This document shows, piece by piece, positions 20,001 to 30,118 of a DNA stretch of 64,000 nt. The stretch is taken from assembly GCA_038245295.1 (NCBI GenBank), contig JBBRSP010000004.1, positions 224,001 through 288,000 on the forward strand. Reading direction: 5' to 3'. A program made the translations under genes and the position numbers. Below the pieces are notes generated by a model that saw only the letters and a list, made by a program, of their open reading frames with translations, was not told the DNA's origin and did not search any database. Origin of the DNA: Candidatus Binatia bacterium. Its GTDB lineage: Bacteria; Desulfobacterota; Binatia; HRBIN30. The stretch's first letter is position 1. Each line of letters starts with the position of its first letter.

Positions 20001-20406
20001 CGAACAACGCGAAGCGTGAGTCCTCGGTGTGCAATACATCGCGTGACGAAGCGTCGGCCGGGGCCAGGAGGAGCTCGAGCAGTGGCGACAGCCCGGCGCG
20101 GATATCGCTGCTGGCCGTATCCAGCAGGCGGCGCAGAACCTGACGCCACGGAGCAAATGCCGGCGCACCGATGTCATCGCCGCTCTGGCCCCAGGCCGTG
20201 CAAGCGCCGGAGGCGTCGGCGTGCGCCACAACCTCGGAGGCCAGCCGCGTCTTGCCGATTCCCGGCTCACCGCTGAGCAGCACGAGTGTCCCGCGCCCCG
20301 CCGCCGTCTCCGCCCAGGCACCATGCAACGCCGCCACCTCGCGCTGACGCCCTACAAGAGGTGAGGCGACGCTCGACACGCCGGTGGATTGTGGACTCGA
20401 CTCCAT
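17095..20406 (-). CDS. STAND-type AAA ATPase/TPR transcriptional regulator
   Basis: LVGRQRE, GEPGIGKT Walker A, LDDLHAAD, TGGNPFFV, helical repeats, C-terminal RARLNVTRAIK...IKTGIFCSY domain. Confidence 0.8.
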   Translation of the reverse strand: MESSPQSTGVSSVASPLVGRQREVAALHGAWAETAAGRGTLVLLSGEPGIGKTRLASEVVAHADASGACTAWGQSGDDIGAPAFAPWRQVLRRLLDTASSDIRAGLSPLLELLLAPADASSRDVLHTEDSRFALFDAVVTLLLRRAAQQPLLLALDDLHAADLPSLHLLDLVSRHIRSHRILLIGTLRPVEAQQSTERGALLHRIARQGQTLPIVGLALEAVTSLVRQMAHDTEAERIQRVFERTGGNPFFVTEIARMMANESAHATPAGHAAILDADVPPTVRDMVRQRLQILSPACRELLAVAAVCGREFDLETVRQAMQLERGACLDLVHEADRAMLVTTLASARTMFLFRHMLIRDVVYDDLLPSARVRWHRCLAPILESQHRRGVPVNLSSIAYHYLEALDAGDAKKPLEYALLAAQEADEHLAYEEAATHYERALEVFHLAKIGDPQRRCEILLALGAAQRRGGSSTARETYLQAWQIAQRLDADHINVANELLARAVLGVADQGLGMPPPLGDPLVRGMLDEAIAAIGPGDSGLRAQLMASLAMQWASDNDGVRAIPLSAAAVAMARRVGDRLVLAHTLSFRHYVLWSRQELEGRLDVASELVELGRSLQRPELAVEGRGWQLVDWLIVGDVASFDRYFTDLVAQSERLRQPRFLWLTKNFKVARALLRGAWKEADATLAEAMQLVQESGDPNADGAAYMQRFVLLRERDELADLEPLIRLALQSGAPTPTPRCFLAVLLHDTGRVDEAAEHFAELARSGFEDLRRQHRVGILPFLAELAAHVGRPADIEALQQLLRPWAHLNVAAGAAVTFGAGARYLALLAAAQGDAAAARTHFDEALAANSRMGAAGWLAWTQFDYGDWLARQHSAPDRQRGAELVALAAAAAERLAMSRLIQRLRSCGTVSDPHDSALEGGGYAFRRDGDFWEIGALARPVRLRHTKGLEYIGVLLSEPGRESHALELEHPDSSPLGSTSVASGPALDAQARGAYAARLRELRDELGEAEEFHDLGRIGKLQDEMSFLTRELSRAFGLHGRHRNSGSPAERARLNVTRAIKAVLKRIAAQDPAVGKHLEATIKTGIFCSYRLGDQPAWRWHL

Positions 20407-20448
20407 GATCGCGGCGCGACGGTAGTCAGAGGGGCGGATGATGTCTAC

Positions 20449-20549
20449 ACCCGCGCCCGTGCCCCCGCCCCCGCCCGTGCCCGCGTTCGCCTGCTCAGCG
20501 GAAAACGTCGATCACCAGAACCAAACGCGGGCGCAGGCGGGGGCGCGGG
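20449..20549. repeat. GC-rich hexamer-repeat hairpin
   Basis: CCCGCGCCCGTGCCCCCGCCC...GCCCGCGTT pairs with AACGCGGGCGCAGGCGGGGGCGCGGG. Confidence 0.5.
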
Positions 20550-21833
20550 TTAAGCGCTACGCAGGACCAGCACCGCGATCTCCGGCGGAATGCCGAGGCG
20601 CATCGGATAGCCGTAGAAGCCGACGCAGCGGGTTACGAACAGTCGCATCGCATCGCGATCAAAGACGCCCTGGTCGGGAATTCCGAGGAGACCGACCACT
20701 GTGAGAGCGTGGTCGGGACCGAGTTGGATGCCGACGTGGCCGCCGTGGGTGTGGCCGGAGCACACGAGGTCGGCGCAGTTCTCGGGCAGGGAACTGAAGG
20801 TGCTGGGGTCGTGATTGAGCAGCAGGCGTGGGGCGCGGGGTTTCTGCCAGTCCCGCATGAGGTTGGCATAGAGATCGGCGCGGCCGACCGGCGACCACTG
20901 GAAGTCGATGCCGGCGAGCTCGAGCGGTTCGCCCTGCACGTCGAGCATTGTCGTGCGATTGCGCAGCGTCGTCACACCGGCGGCGGCTAGGCGCTGCACC
21001 AGGCGCTCCGGATCCTCGAAATCGTGATTGCCCAGACTCGCCCACTGCCCGAGCGGCGCTTTGATCTGCTGCAACGCCGAGTACAGCGGCGCATCGAAGT
21101 CGCCGCTGCGGTGAGTCAGGAAGTCGCCGGTGTGCAACACGAGGTCCGGATGCGCCGCATTGGTGAGCTCGGCGACACGTGTCAGGCGTTCGCGATTCAT
21201 CGCACCGCCGACATGAATGTCGGACAGGTGAACGACCCGCAGCCCATCGAGCTGGCGCGGCCAGTTCTTCAGAACCACCTCGCGTTCCTCGACACGAAAG
21301 TCATACGACAACGGCACACCCGACAGTGAGATGGCAAACGGCGCGGCAACACCGACAATACCCATCTGTTGCAAGACCAGACGACGTTGCGGGTCGTGAG
21401 GTGACGCGGCGGGCGCCAAGCGCCGCAGGCGGCGCAACGGCGTGACAAGGCCGAGACCGAGCAGGAACAGGGCATGGCTGCTGAACCACACGGCGCCAAT
21501 CCAGCCAATCACGGCGGCATGTAGGAATGATGGCAACTCGCTCGAACGCGCCGTGAGCAACTGCGCCATCATGATCGCATCGCAGGAAGCGCCAACCACA
21601 GCGAAGATGGCGAGCGACCAGAAGACCAGACGGTTCTGCGGCAAGCGTTTATGAAGCGAGCGATGGGTGCGCCAGCGGGCGTAGGAGAACGGCATCAGCG
21701 CCAAGGGAATGAACAGTAGGATGAACCACATGTGGCGGGCGCTCTGGGCGGCCAGGCCGACGGCGACGGCAAGAACTGTAAGGTTGAGTCCGTACAGCCA
21801 GCGCCGCAGCCAGACTTCCACCGTGCGAGGCAT
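20550..21833 (-). CDS. Membrane-anchored metallophosphoesterase (YkuE/YaeI-like)
   Basis: SDIHVG, TGDF, GNHD, NHDP and SGHTHGGH motifs after N-terminal TM helices. Confidence 0.9.
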   Translation of the reverse strand: MPRTVEVWLRRWLYGLNLTVLAVAVGLAAQSARHMWFILLFIPLALMPFSYARWRTHRSLHKRLPQNRLVFWSLAIFAVVGASCDAIMMAQLLTARSSELPSFLHAAVIGWIGAVWFSSHALFLLGLGLVTPLRRLRRLAPAASPHDPQRRLVLQQMGIVGVAAPFAISLSGVPLSYDFRVEEREVVLKNWPRQLDGLRVVHLSDIHVGGAMNRERLTRVAELTNAAHPDLVLHTGDFLTHRSGDFDAPLYSALQQIKAPLGQWASLGNHDFEDPERLVQRLAAAGVTTLRNRTTMLDVQGEPLELAGIDFQWSPVGRADLYANLMRDWQKPRAPRLLLNHDPSTFSSLPENCADLVCSGHTHGGHVGIQLGPDHALTVVGLLGIPDQGVFDRDAMRLFVTRCVGFYGYPMRLGIPPEIAVLVLRSA

Positions 21834-22041
21834 GCCTTAACGACTAGCAGGTGGAAGCGGTGACACCAGAGTAACACTGCATTATCGGTCGCCGTCCGGC
21901 TTTTGCCACGCAACCCCGCCGCTACGACGCGCCAGGAAGCCCTACAATCGACGATCACGACCCGACCTAGGGGTACCTAGCCACCAGAACTCAACGTTTT
22001 TCGGCGTTTTGAGCAGACGACCCTTGAAAACAAAGAGGTTT

Positions 22042-22704
22042 TTAAGCGATCGGCCTTCCGAGAAGCCGAATCGCTACCTCTAACCCCAGTCGTGGGCTGC
22101 TGAACACCGGGATACCGAGGTCGGCGCAAGACTCGGCGACGGCGGCCATCGAACCCTGCGCCAGGACGATCACGTCTGCACCCATCGCACGGGCACGCAC
22201 GTGGGACTCGACGACGGCGAGGTAGCCAGAAAGATCGCCACGCTCGAACAATTTCCAGGCGCCGTCGCACACAGCCTCGGAGAATTCCGGCGCGACGTCG
22301 GCGGCGCGAGCGACAGATTCGAGCAGTTGGCGCGTTGGCTGCAGCGTGCTCGCCAGAGCCGCCACGACGAGGATGCGCCCTCCGAGCGCCACCGCGGCTT
22401 CAGCCATCGGACGATCCACACGCAACACAAGACAGCCGGCCGATTGAGCCGCGGCTTCGGCCAGACCACCGATCGTCGAACAGGTGCAGAGCACAACCTT
22501 CGCGCCGTGGCGTCGGGCTGCGACCAGCACCGCTTGCACCTGCTCCGCCAAAGCCGCCGTCAGGCCACGTGCACGGGCGATCGCCAGCAGATTCGGCTCG
22601 ACGACATGGTGCAGCTCGAGACCCGGAGCGATCTCGGCGCCGAGACGGTTGAATGTATCGATGTGCACCTCGGCGGTATGGAGCAACGTCAGGCCGGACG
22701 ACAT
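22042..22704 (-). CDS. Asp/Glu/hydantoin racemase-like protein
   Basis: LCTCSTIG, RVDRPMA, DVIVLAQGSMA, PVFSSPRLG. Confidence 0.7.
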   Translation of the reverse strand: MSSGLTLLHTAEVHIDTFNRLGAEIAPGLELHHVVEPNLLAIARARGLTAALAEQVQAVLVAARRHGAKVVLCTCSTIGGLAEAAAQSAGCLVLRVDRPMAEAAVALGGRILVVAALASTLQPTRQLLESVARAADVAPEFSEAVCDGAWKLFERGDLSGYLAVVESHVRARAMGADVIVLAQGSMAAVAESCADLGIPVFSSPRLGLEVAIRLLGRPIA

Positions 22705-22840
22705 GGAGCACCGTCATAGCAACGGGAGCCGCAGACCGACATGAGACGCTACGGCGTCCACTTTTCGTTGACACAACCCCTTGGATCGGGGCACAAGCGT
22801 CGAGGCGCCCCCAAATCGTTCGTCTCATAGGAGCATCAAC

Positions 22841-25147
22841 ATGCGGCAATCGCGGTCCGGGTTACTCGTCTGTCTTTTGCTCGGCGGAGTCATCGCGTCG
22901 GCGGCGGCGCGCCCGGCCGCCGCCGATCCGACCATCTGTAAGACCGCCATCACCAGCGCCACCTCGACCTTTCTCAAAGCTCGCGCCGCCGCCTTGATGC
23001 GCTGCCATACCAAAGTCGTGAAGGGGTCGTTGCCCGCCAACACCGACTGCAACACCGAGACAAAGACCGCGCTGGCTCTGGCCAACGTCGAGATCAAACT
23101 GCGCGCCAAGATCGCCAAGAGCTGCGGCGGTGCCGACAAGCTTTGCAGCACCACGGGCGATAACGACAGCCTTGCCTCGATTGGTTGGGACATCGGCACC
23201 TGCCCGACTCTGGTCGGCAGCTCGTGCGCCAACCCGATCACCAACTGTGATGACGTCGGCACCTGCCTGGCGTGCAACCTCGCCGCCGGCACCGATGCGG
23301 CCGCGGCGCTCTACTACGATGACATCGTGCTCGGCAGCCCGGCCAGCTCGGCCCTGCAAAAATGTCAGACCGCCATCGGTCAGCAGTCGACCATCTTCTT
23401 GAGCAACAAGGTCAAAGCGCTGTCGACCTGCTGGACCAAGGTGAACAAGGGACAAATCACCGGCCCATGCCCCGACCCGGGTGACGGCAAGACGGCAACC
23501 AAGATCGCCCTGGCGCGCGTCAAGCTGACGTCGAAATTGTGCTCCAGTTGCGGCGGTGCCACCAAACTCTGCGGCGGCCTCGATGACCTGTCGCCGACGC
23601 AAATCGGCTTCAGCCCGATCTGCCCGTCCGTGCGCATTCCCGGTGGCACGGCGTGTGGCGGCTCAATTACGTCGTTGCAGGACCTGCTCGACTGCGTCGA
23701 TTGCGTGACATCCTTCCACGGCGACTGTTCGAGCGCCTTGTCGGTGCCGTGGAATGCTCCCTATCCGAGCGAGTGCAAACCGGCGGCAACGCCGACGACA
23801 ACCGCAACACCAACGAACACAGCCACAGTGACGTCAACGCCGCTGCCATCCGACACGCCAACGATCACCAATACACCGACGCAAACGGTGACCAGTACTC
23901 CGAGTGTGACCAGCACGGCCACGAACACGCGTACACCGACGATCACGCGCACGCCGACACCAACACCCTCGGTGACGCGCACGCCGACCGTGACGCGCAC
24001 GGCAACGCCAACTCAGACAGCAACCGCGACCAGCACCGATACTCCGACGATCACCGCGACACCGACCGACACGCCAAGCGCCACGCCTACGCCAATCGCC
24101 AGCGACACCCCGGTGAGTACCGACACACCGACAAGAACCGCCACTCGCACGCAGACGCCGACCGCGACTCCGAGCGATACTCCTACGTCAACCGCAACGC
24201 CGACCAACACACCAACGTCGACGCCCACGTCGACCCAGACGTCGACACCGACCATCACCGACACACCGACGGCAACGGGAACGCCGAGCATTACCCCAAC
24301 ACAAACACCCATCCACCGCGTGTGTAACTTCCGCAGCGGCAGTCAGTTCTTCATGCAGGGGAAATCGCTCAGCCTGTCGGCCAATATCACCGGGTTCCAG
24401 ACCTGGGACTTCGTGCCGTCCGGAAACACGCGGGTCGTGTCGGTTCCGAAGGTTGGTGCCCACTTTGACGAAGCGGTGATCAGCGGCGTCGGCAAGGTCT
24501 GCATGCGACTCGCCTCCGACGGCGACGGTGTCATGGATTGCGCCGGCACCATGTCGCCTTACAACGGCACCGCCGAGATGGATCACAACACGACATCGGC
24601 ACCACCCCCCGGGTTTGCGCAGGATCCGACCTGTACTCAGAGCGTAACCTTCCCGAACGGCGCCGTTAGCGCCGCTCTCCTCGAGGATGGCACGACGAAC
24701 CATCCGCATACCGGAGTGTGCAACAGCCCGCTGCACGTGACCCAGGGTGGTACGTTCGCGGTCGGGGGAATGCAGCTGAATGTGCCTCTCTATATCCGGT
24801 TCGTCGACAGCATGACGGCTTGTCCCGCCGACGACGCGCCTCTGGACGCGGCACTCGACCTGCCGGCGACGGCCGGGTTGAGCACCGGCACGACAAAGAC
24901 GGTCATCTACAACCTCAACAACGACAGCAGCGCGACAATGGGAACCACGGGCTCGGGTAACGGGCCGAGTATCTGCGGTCTGTTTGGATTCTCGGCCTGC
25001 ACGACGCAGGTGGTCGGCTCACCGTTCGGCTGCACCAACATCGACAACAACAACTTGAGCGCCGGCAAACTGGGAATCTCCTTCCCGGCGCTCGACATTG
25101 CGACGATCAACGACACGATCGTGACGATGGCATTGCAATGTAACTAG
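22841..25147 (+). CDS. Secreted Cys-rich protein with duplicated N-terminal domain, long Pro/Thr linker and C-terminal domain
   Basis: AGGAG before ATG 22841; signal peptide; two homologous Cys-rich units; about 175-aa TPT repeat. Confidence 0.8.
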   Translation: MRQSRSGLLVCLLLGGVIASAAARPAAADPTICKTAITSATSTFLKARAAALMRCHTKVVKGSLPANTDCNTETKTALALANVEIKLRAKIAKSCGGADKLCSTTGDNDSLASIGWDIGTCPTLVGSSCANPITNCDDVGTCLACNLAAGTDAAAALYYDDIVLGSPASSALQKCQTAIGQQSTIFLSNKVKALSTCWTKVNKGQITGPCPDPGDGKTATKIALARVKLTSKLCSSCGGATKLCGGLDDLSPTQIGFSPICPSVRIPGGTACGGSITSLQDLLDCVDCVTSFHGDCSSALSVPWNAPYPSECKPAATPTTTATPTNTATVTSTPLPSDTPTITNTPTQTVTSTPSVTSTATNTRTPTITRTPTPTPSVTRTPTVTRTATPTQTATATSTDTPTITATPTDTPSATPTPIASDTPVSTDTPTRTATRTQTPTATPSDTPTSTATPTNTPTSTPTSTQTSTPTITDTPTATGTPSITPTQTPIHRVCNFRSGSQFFMQGKSLSLSANITGFQTWDFVPSGNTRVVSVPKVGAHFDEAVISGVGKVCMRLASDGDGVMDCAGTMSPYNGTAEMDHNTTSAPPPGFAQDPTCTQSVTFPNGAVSAALLEDGTTNHPHTGVCNSPLHVTQGGTFAVGGMQLNVPLYIRFVDSMTACPADDAPLDAALDLPATAGLSTGTTKTVIYNLNNDSSATMGTTGSGNGPSICGLFGFSACTTQVVGSPFGCTNIDNNNLSAGKLGISFPALDIATINDTIVTMALQCN

Positions 25148-25180
25148 GTTACCGGTGGTGCCGCGTTCTGTCGCTGCTCG

Positions 25181-25208
25181 GTAGGGGCGGTTCGGGAACC
25201 GCCCCTAT
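25181..25208. repeat. GTAG-headed hairpin between convergent genes (possible terminator)
   Basis: GTAGGGGCGGTTCGGGAACCGCCCCTAT overlapping the stop of the next gene. Confidence 0.6.
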
Positions 25209-26899
25209 CGAGCAACTTCAAAGCCGCCGCTGAGTTCACCGGGGCGGCGCAGTTTGAGGTTCGGCTCTGGATGCGGCGCACACGGCAGCGGTGTCGAAAA
25301 GCACGACTCGATATTGCGCGGCACGTTTACCGTCAGGCCGCTCGCCAACTCTCGCGCATCGAAAACGACGGTCGGCGCCTGGATGAACTCCTTGTAGCCA
25401 GGCCACGGATAGGGGCCGCCGACCAGCAGCCAGACACTCATCGCCACCGCACCGACAACCGACACCAGGCGCCCGAGTCGCGTCTCACGCAACCAACCAC
25501 CGCAGCAAAGCAGCGTCAGGCTGATGCCCACGAGCCACATGGTCGCCCCGGCGTAACGCGGCACCGGCGTCAGAAGCCAGGCGAAGACGAGCGAAACGAG
25601 CGGCGGAACGGCAATCCAAAAGGGCAGCCGAGAGCGGCTAGGCCGTCCCGTCAGCCAGCGCAGACCAGCGAGCAGAGGGGTCAGACAAAGGGCTGCCCCA
25701 CCAACGGCCAACGGCAGTGCGACGTCAGGAGCCATCCAGCCGAACGATTGCAGACGCTGCCACACCCACCATGGCTGCTCCCAGAACAGACGCACGGGCC
25801 CAACTTGCATCGTATCCTGGATCCACTTCTGCACGTCGAGGTTGACTCGCCACGGAACATCGAGAGCGCCGGCCGCACTGGGGAAGAACGGGCAGCCACT
25901 CATCAGCAGATTACCAACCACCCATGGAACGAACAGCAACACGGCGATGAGTGTCGCCGCAGACGCCGGGCGCAAGAACTCGCGCAGCGCCGGTCGCTCT
26001 CGCCAGTACCAGCCAAGCGGCGCCACGATGAGCAGCGCTGCGGTCATCCCGGCAAACGCCAGCTTGACGGTCCACCCGGCCAGCGCAAACAGGACAAGGG
26101 CCAGCAGATGAAATCGGGCGTCGCAGCCGCGGCGACTCGCCAGCTCGATCAGACTGCCGAACAACGCCGCGCCGACCACGAATACGCCAACGTCAGGCGA
26201 CGGCGTGGTGAAGAAGATGCTGGCGGAGAGCGCCAGAAGGCCGGGGATGAGCAAGAGGTAATACAAGTCGTTCCAGCCGACGCGACGGGTCGGCCACAGC
26301 ACCCGCCAGAGCCCCAGGGCGCCGCGACCAAGCAGCCCCATGATCAAGAGAGAGTTGAGAATATGATACGAACGCTGCGCGAACGGTCCGAGCGATGCCG
26401 CCGCGGCATACAGAAAATAGGACTGGTTGTAGGCGTACGGAGCGTAGAGGTTGCCCAGCCCTACAACGATCGGATAACGCGCCATCCACAAGATCGTCGG
26501 CAGGTAATAGCCACCGGCGTCGCCATGACGCGGCCCTTCGAGAGCGAGTTGCGATAACCAGAGGGCCGCCACCACCCCAAGCAGCAGCGCCGGGAGGTTG
26601 TAGGGGAGTCGGTGCGCCAGGCGCAGCCATAGCCGCCAATCGACCAGCGTCAGACCGGCGACACCCACGCCGATGGCGAACACTCCGGCACGTGTATCGA
26701 CCGGCAGGAACAGGTGCCAGATCTGCAAAACGCCGAGCAGCACCGCCCAGCCTTCGAACAGAGCGGCGAAGCAATCGTCGATGCGGCGGGTGCGATAGCC
26801 ACACAGCTGGCGAAACAGGCTACCCCAACCGACCAGAACGGCGGCCCCCAGAACGAAGGCCGCCAGCACTTGTTGCTGCGCGAGTGGCAGAAGTTTCAT
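25205..26899 (-). CDS. Polytopic membrane protein (LIC_10190-like, possible GT-C fold)
   Basis: Many TM helices; DAGGYY...GLGNL...YNQS loop, TPSPD, SGCPFFPS, PVPRY. Confidence 0.6.
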   Translation of the reverse strand: MKLLPLAQQQVLAAFVLGAAVLVGWGSLFRQLCGYRTRRIDDCFAALFEGWAVLLGVLQIWHLFLPVDTRAGVFAIGVGVAGLTLVDWRLWLRLAHRLPYNLPALLLGVVAALWLSQLALEGPRHGDAGGYYLPTILWMARYPIVVGLGNLYAPYAYNQSYFLYAAAASLGPFAQRSYHILNSLLIMGLLGRGALGLWRVLWPTRRVGWNDLYYLLLIPGLLALSASIFFTTPSPDVGVFVVGAALFGSLIELASRRGCDARFHLLALVLFALAGWTVKLAFAGMTAALLIVAPLGWYWRERPALREFLRPASAATLIAVLLFVPWVVGNLLMSGCPFFPSAAGALDVPWRVNLDVQKWIQDTMQVGPVRLFWEQPWWVWQRLQSFGWMAPDVALPLAVGGAALCLTPLLAGLRWLTGRPSRSRLPFWIAVPPLVSLVFAWLLTPVPRYAGATMWLVGISLTLLCCGGWLRETRLGRLVSVVGAVAMSVWLLVGGPYPWPGYKEFIQAPTVVFDARELASGLTVNVPRNIESCFSTPLPCAPHPEPNLKLRRPGELSGGFEVAR

Positions 26900-26908
26900 G
26901 CTACCGAA

Positions 26909-27928
26909 TCAGCCGAGAACGATCTCCGCGAAGTTGCGCACCAGGGTCATGTCGTGACTCATCATCAACAACATGCTGACCGGCGTCGACTCCCACGCTT
27001 TGAGGCGCTCGCGAATACGATCGACAGGTCCGACCAGCGAGATCTCATCGGCAAATTGGTCCGGCACCGCGGCGATGGCTTCGTCGCGTTTGTTCTCGAA
27101 GAACAGTTGCTGGATCTTCTCGGCTTCGGCCTCAAAGCCCATGCGCGACATCAACTCTTTGTGGAAGTTGCGCTTCTTGGCACCCATGCCACCAATATAG
27201 AAGCCGAGCATGCCTTTGACCGGGAGCAACGCCGTCTCGACGTCGTCACTGATGCTGACGAAGACACTGGCAGCGATCTCGAAGCCCGGCTTGGCGCCTT
27301 TCAGCTGGTCGGCATACACCTCGGGACGATAGGGCGAGTAGTAGAGCGGCAACCAACCGTCGCAAATCTCAGCGGCCAGGGTGACGTTCTTCGGTCCTTC
27401 CGCCCCGAGCCAGATGGGCAGGTCGGGACGGCGCGGATGCGTGATCGAGCGTAGAGGCTTGCCAAGTCCCCACGAGCCTTCGCCCTGATACGGCAAGGGG
27501 TAATGCGGTCCGGGGTTCGACACCGGGGCTTCGCGACGCAGCACCTGACGAACGATGTCGACATACTCGCGCGTGCGCGCCAGCGGCTTGGAAAAAGGCT
27601 GGCCATACCAGCCTTCGACGACCTGCGGCCCGGACACGCCAAGCCCGAGAACCATGCGCCCCTGCGATAGGTGGTCGAGCGTCAACGCCGCCATGGCCGT
27701 GGCCGTCGGCGTGCGCGCCGATAACTGGGCGATCGAGGTACCCAGGCGGATCTTCGAGGTGTGGGCGCCGATCCAACTCAGCGGCGTGAAGGCATCCGAG
27801 CCCCAGGCTTCCGCCGTAAAGATCGCATCGAAGCCGAGGCGTTCGGCCTCTTTGGCGATGCCGACGATATCGTCCGGTGGATTGGCGCCCCAGTAGCCCG
27901 TCTGTAGACCAAGTTTCAGTTTTCCCAT
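26909..27928 (-). CDS. LLM-class F420-dependent oxidoreductase
   Basis: AEAWGSDA, LTLDHLSQGR, GLGVSGPQVVEGWYG, GAEGPKN, YIGGMGA. Confidence 0.9.
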   Translation of the reverse strand: MGKLKLGLQTGYWGANPPDDIVGIAKEAERLGFDAIFTAEAWGSDAFTPLSWIGAHTSKIRLGTSIAQLSARTPTATAMAALTLDHLSQGRMVLGLGVSGPQVVEGWYGQPFSKPLARTREYVDIVRQVLRREAPVSNPGPHYPLPYQGEGSWGLGKPLRSITHPRRPDLPIWLGAEGPKNVTLAAEICDGWLPLYYSPYRPEVYADQLKGAKPGFEIAASVFVSISDDVETALLPVKGMLGFYIGGMGAKKRNFHKELMSRMGFEAEAEKIQQLFFENKRDEAIAAVPDQFADEISLVGPVDRIRERLKAWESTPVSMLLMMSHDMTLVRNFAEIVLG

Positions 27929-27975
27929 GGCGGGGGAACTAACATATAGAAATGCGTCGTCCTATATGAGGAGCC

Positions 27976-28827
27976 ATGGAAACGGTGCCGCCCCAAATTG
28001 TCGATGCGACGTCCTACGCGACGCCTTTTTTCATCGCCGCGATCTTCTGGGAACGTCACCGTTTGAAGCAGCAACAGAGCGCCGGACGTGAGGTGCGCGG
28101 CTATGAACGCCGCGATGCGTGGACAAGCATCTTCGCCGGATTGCTGTCGACCATCTGCTGGATACCGATCAACTACGTTCTCTATCGCCTCGCCTACTTC
28201 CTGTGGTCGTTCCGCGTCGTCGACCTCGGTACCGGCGCGTTGGGCTGGAGCGCGGCACTCATCGGCTGGGACTTCGCCTTCTATTGGTTTCACCGCAGCG
28301 AGCACGAAGTACGGCTGCTGTGGGCCGGTCACGTGACGCACCACTCCAGCGAGTACTACAACTTGTCGACGGCGCTGCGGCAGTCGTGGACGCCGTGGGC
28401 GACTCCCCTCTTCCACGCGCCGCTGGCACTGCTCGGCATTCGCCCCGAGCTCATCCTCATGTCGGGCGGCATCAACCTCGTCTACCAATTCTGGATCCAC
28501 ACGGAAGCGATCGACAAGTTGCCACGCTGGATCGAATTGATCTTCAATACCCCGTCACACCACCGCGTCCATCACGGCTCAAACCGGCAGTACCTCGACC
28601 GCAACCATGCCGGCGTCCTGATCATCTGGGATCGCCTGTTCGGCACCTTCGAGGCGGAAGGCGAGCGCGTGTGTTACGGCCTCACGAAGAACGTCCATTC
28701 GTTCAACCCACTCTGGGTGCAATTTCACGAGTACACTCAGATCGCCCGCGATGCCTGGGCGGCGCCGACATTGGCCGAGCGGCTCGGATTCATTCTGCGC
28801 AACCCGGGCTGGACTCCACGCCCCTAG
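27976..28827 (+). CDS. Sterol desaturase/fatty acid hydroxylase family (alkylglycerol monooxygenase-like)
   Basis: YWFHRSEH, HVTHHSS, STALRQ, FWIHTE, PSHHRVHHG. Confidence 0.9.
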   Translation: METVPPQIVDATSYATPFFIAAIFWERHRLKQQQSAGREVRGYERRDAWTSIFAGLLSTICWIPINYVLYRLAYFLWSFRVVDLGTGALGWSAALIGWDFAFYWFHRSEHEVRLLWAGHVTHHSSEYYNLSTALRQSWTPWATPLFHAPLALLGIRPELILMSGGINLVYQFWIHTEAIDKLPRWIELIFNTPSHHRVHHGSNRQYLDRNHAGVLIIWDRLFGTFEAEGERVCYGLTKNVHSFNPLWVQFHEYTQIARDAWAAPTLAERLGFILRNPGWTPRP

Positions 28828-28902
28828 CACCCCAAGGGTTAACGCCTTCCTTGCCAAAGGTTTCTGTGCGCGCCTATACGATCGCCGGGGAGAACACTAC
28901 AC

Positions 28903-30012
28903 ATGCACTCGATCCAAAGACTCGTCGCCGCCATCGCCGTCTTCACCTTCGGGGGCCTAGCGGCGCACGCCGACCAGCAGGAGATCCCACCCTTGCACGG
29001 GCAGCAGAACAGCACCGTCATCAGCACCGGTGCGAACGGCCTGTGTGAGACCACCGCTGCCGTCGGCGACGTGCAGAAAGCAACCATTGGTCAGGGGACA
29101 CCGAACCGTAACGAAGTCCGCTGCGGCACGAACAAAGTAGTCGACTCGACTGCCGCCGGAGACGACGTGCAATTGATTGCCGTCGGCGCCACCTGTGCCG
29201 GCGCCAACAACGTCGCCATCGACACGGGTCCCAACGGCATTGCCGAAAGCGCACTCGTCAGCGACGACACCTATCCGTCGGGGATCACGTTCGGGCTGCC
29301 GCCGTCGAACACCGCCTGCGTCATCGCCGGCGAGGACGGCGTCGCGCAAACCCTCGCCCCGACCGGCGACGACACGCAGCTGATTGTGCCGGGAGTTGCC
29401 GAGGCCAATACCGGTGCCATCCTGTGCGGACCAAACCTCAAAGTCGATACAACAGCCAACAACGTCGCTGCCGGTGACGATGTGCAACTCGTCGCGGTCG
29501 GGGCGGCGTGTACCGCGAACCAGGTCGTCGTCGACAGCGGCGCCGATGGAATCGCCACGACGCGGGCCGAAGGACCAGACCTGTTGATCGATGCGGTACG
29601 CCGCCAGTCGATCCGCATCTCGAAGGGCAAGACCCAAGCCAGCAAGATCGTGAAGGTAAAGATCACCAACCTCGAGTTCGGCGCCTCGGCACCCGCCACG
29701 CGCGCCTTCAAGATCACCGTTTCTGGGAGCACTTGCCCGAACGGTACGACGGCTCAGATCGATGCCGACGCGGTGACGCCCGGCCTCCAGGCCACCGCCA
29801 ACGTGCCTCTCGGATCCGCCGTAAAGGCGAGTCTGGCCATGACAGTGAAGCTCGAAGACATCACCTCGACCTCGTCACGCCTGCCGTTCCGCTGCTCGTT
29901 CGATGTCAACGCGGTCGCCATGGACACCAATCCGAGCTTCGACGACGCGGCAAACCCGGCGAACAACACGGCCACGGTTGTCCTCGAGGTGGTTGATCGA
30001 AACGATTTGTAG
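28903..30012 (+). CDS. Secreted protein with internal G-x-[ND]-G...GDD-x-Q repeats
   Basis: Signal peptide ending AHA; about 6 degenerate repeats; C-terminal DANPANNTA motif. Confidence 0.7.
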   Translation: MHSIQRLVAAIAVFTFGGLAAHADQQEIPPLHGQQNSTVISTGANGLCETTAAVGDVQKATIGQGTPNRNEVRCGTNKVVDSTAAGDDVQLIAVGATCAGANNVAIDTGPNGIAESALVSDDTYPSGITFGLPPSNTACVIAGEDGVAQTLAPTGDDTQLIVPGVAEANTGAILCGPNLKVDTTANNVAAGDDVQLVAVGAACTANQVVVDSGADGIATTRAEGPDLLIDAVRRQSIRISKGKTQASKIVKVKITNLEFGASAPATRAFKITVSGSTCPNGTTAQIDADAVTPGLQATANVPLGSAVKASLAMTVKLEDITSTSSRLPFRCSFDVNAVAMDTNPSFDDAANPANNTATVVLEVVDRNDL

Positions 30013-30118
30013 AATGATCTCCTCTCGACATTCGAGTGTTTTTGGCTAAAACGACGGCTCAATCGTGTCGCGTGCCCGCGTTGGCAGGCCACACACAATG
30101 CCAACTCAGGGAGCGAAT

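Noticed and set aside
23780..24310. ACGCCGAC-rich tandem DNA repeat
   Set aside because: Simply encodes the Pro/Thr linker of the 22841-25147 protein
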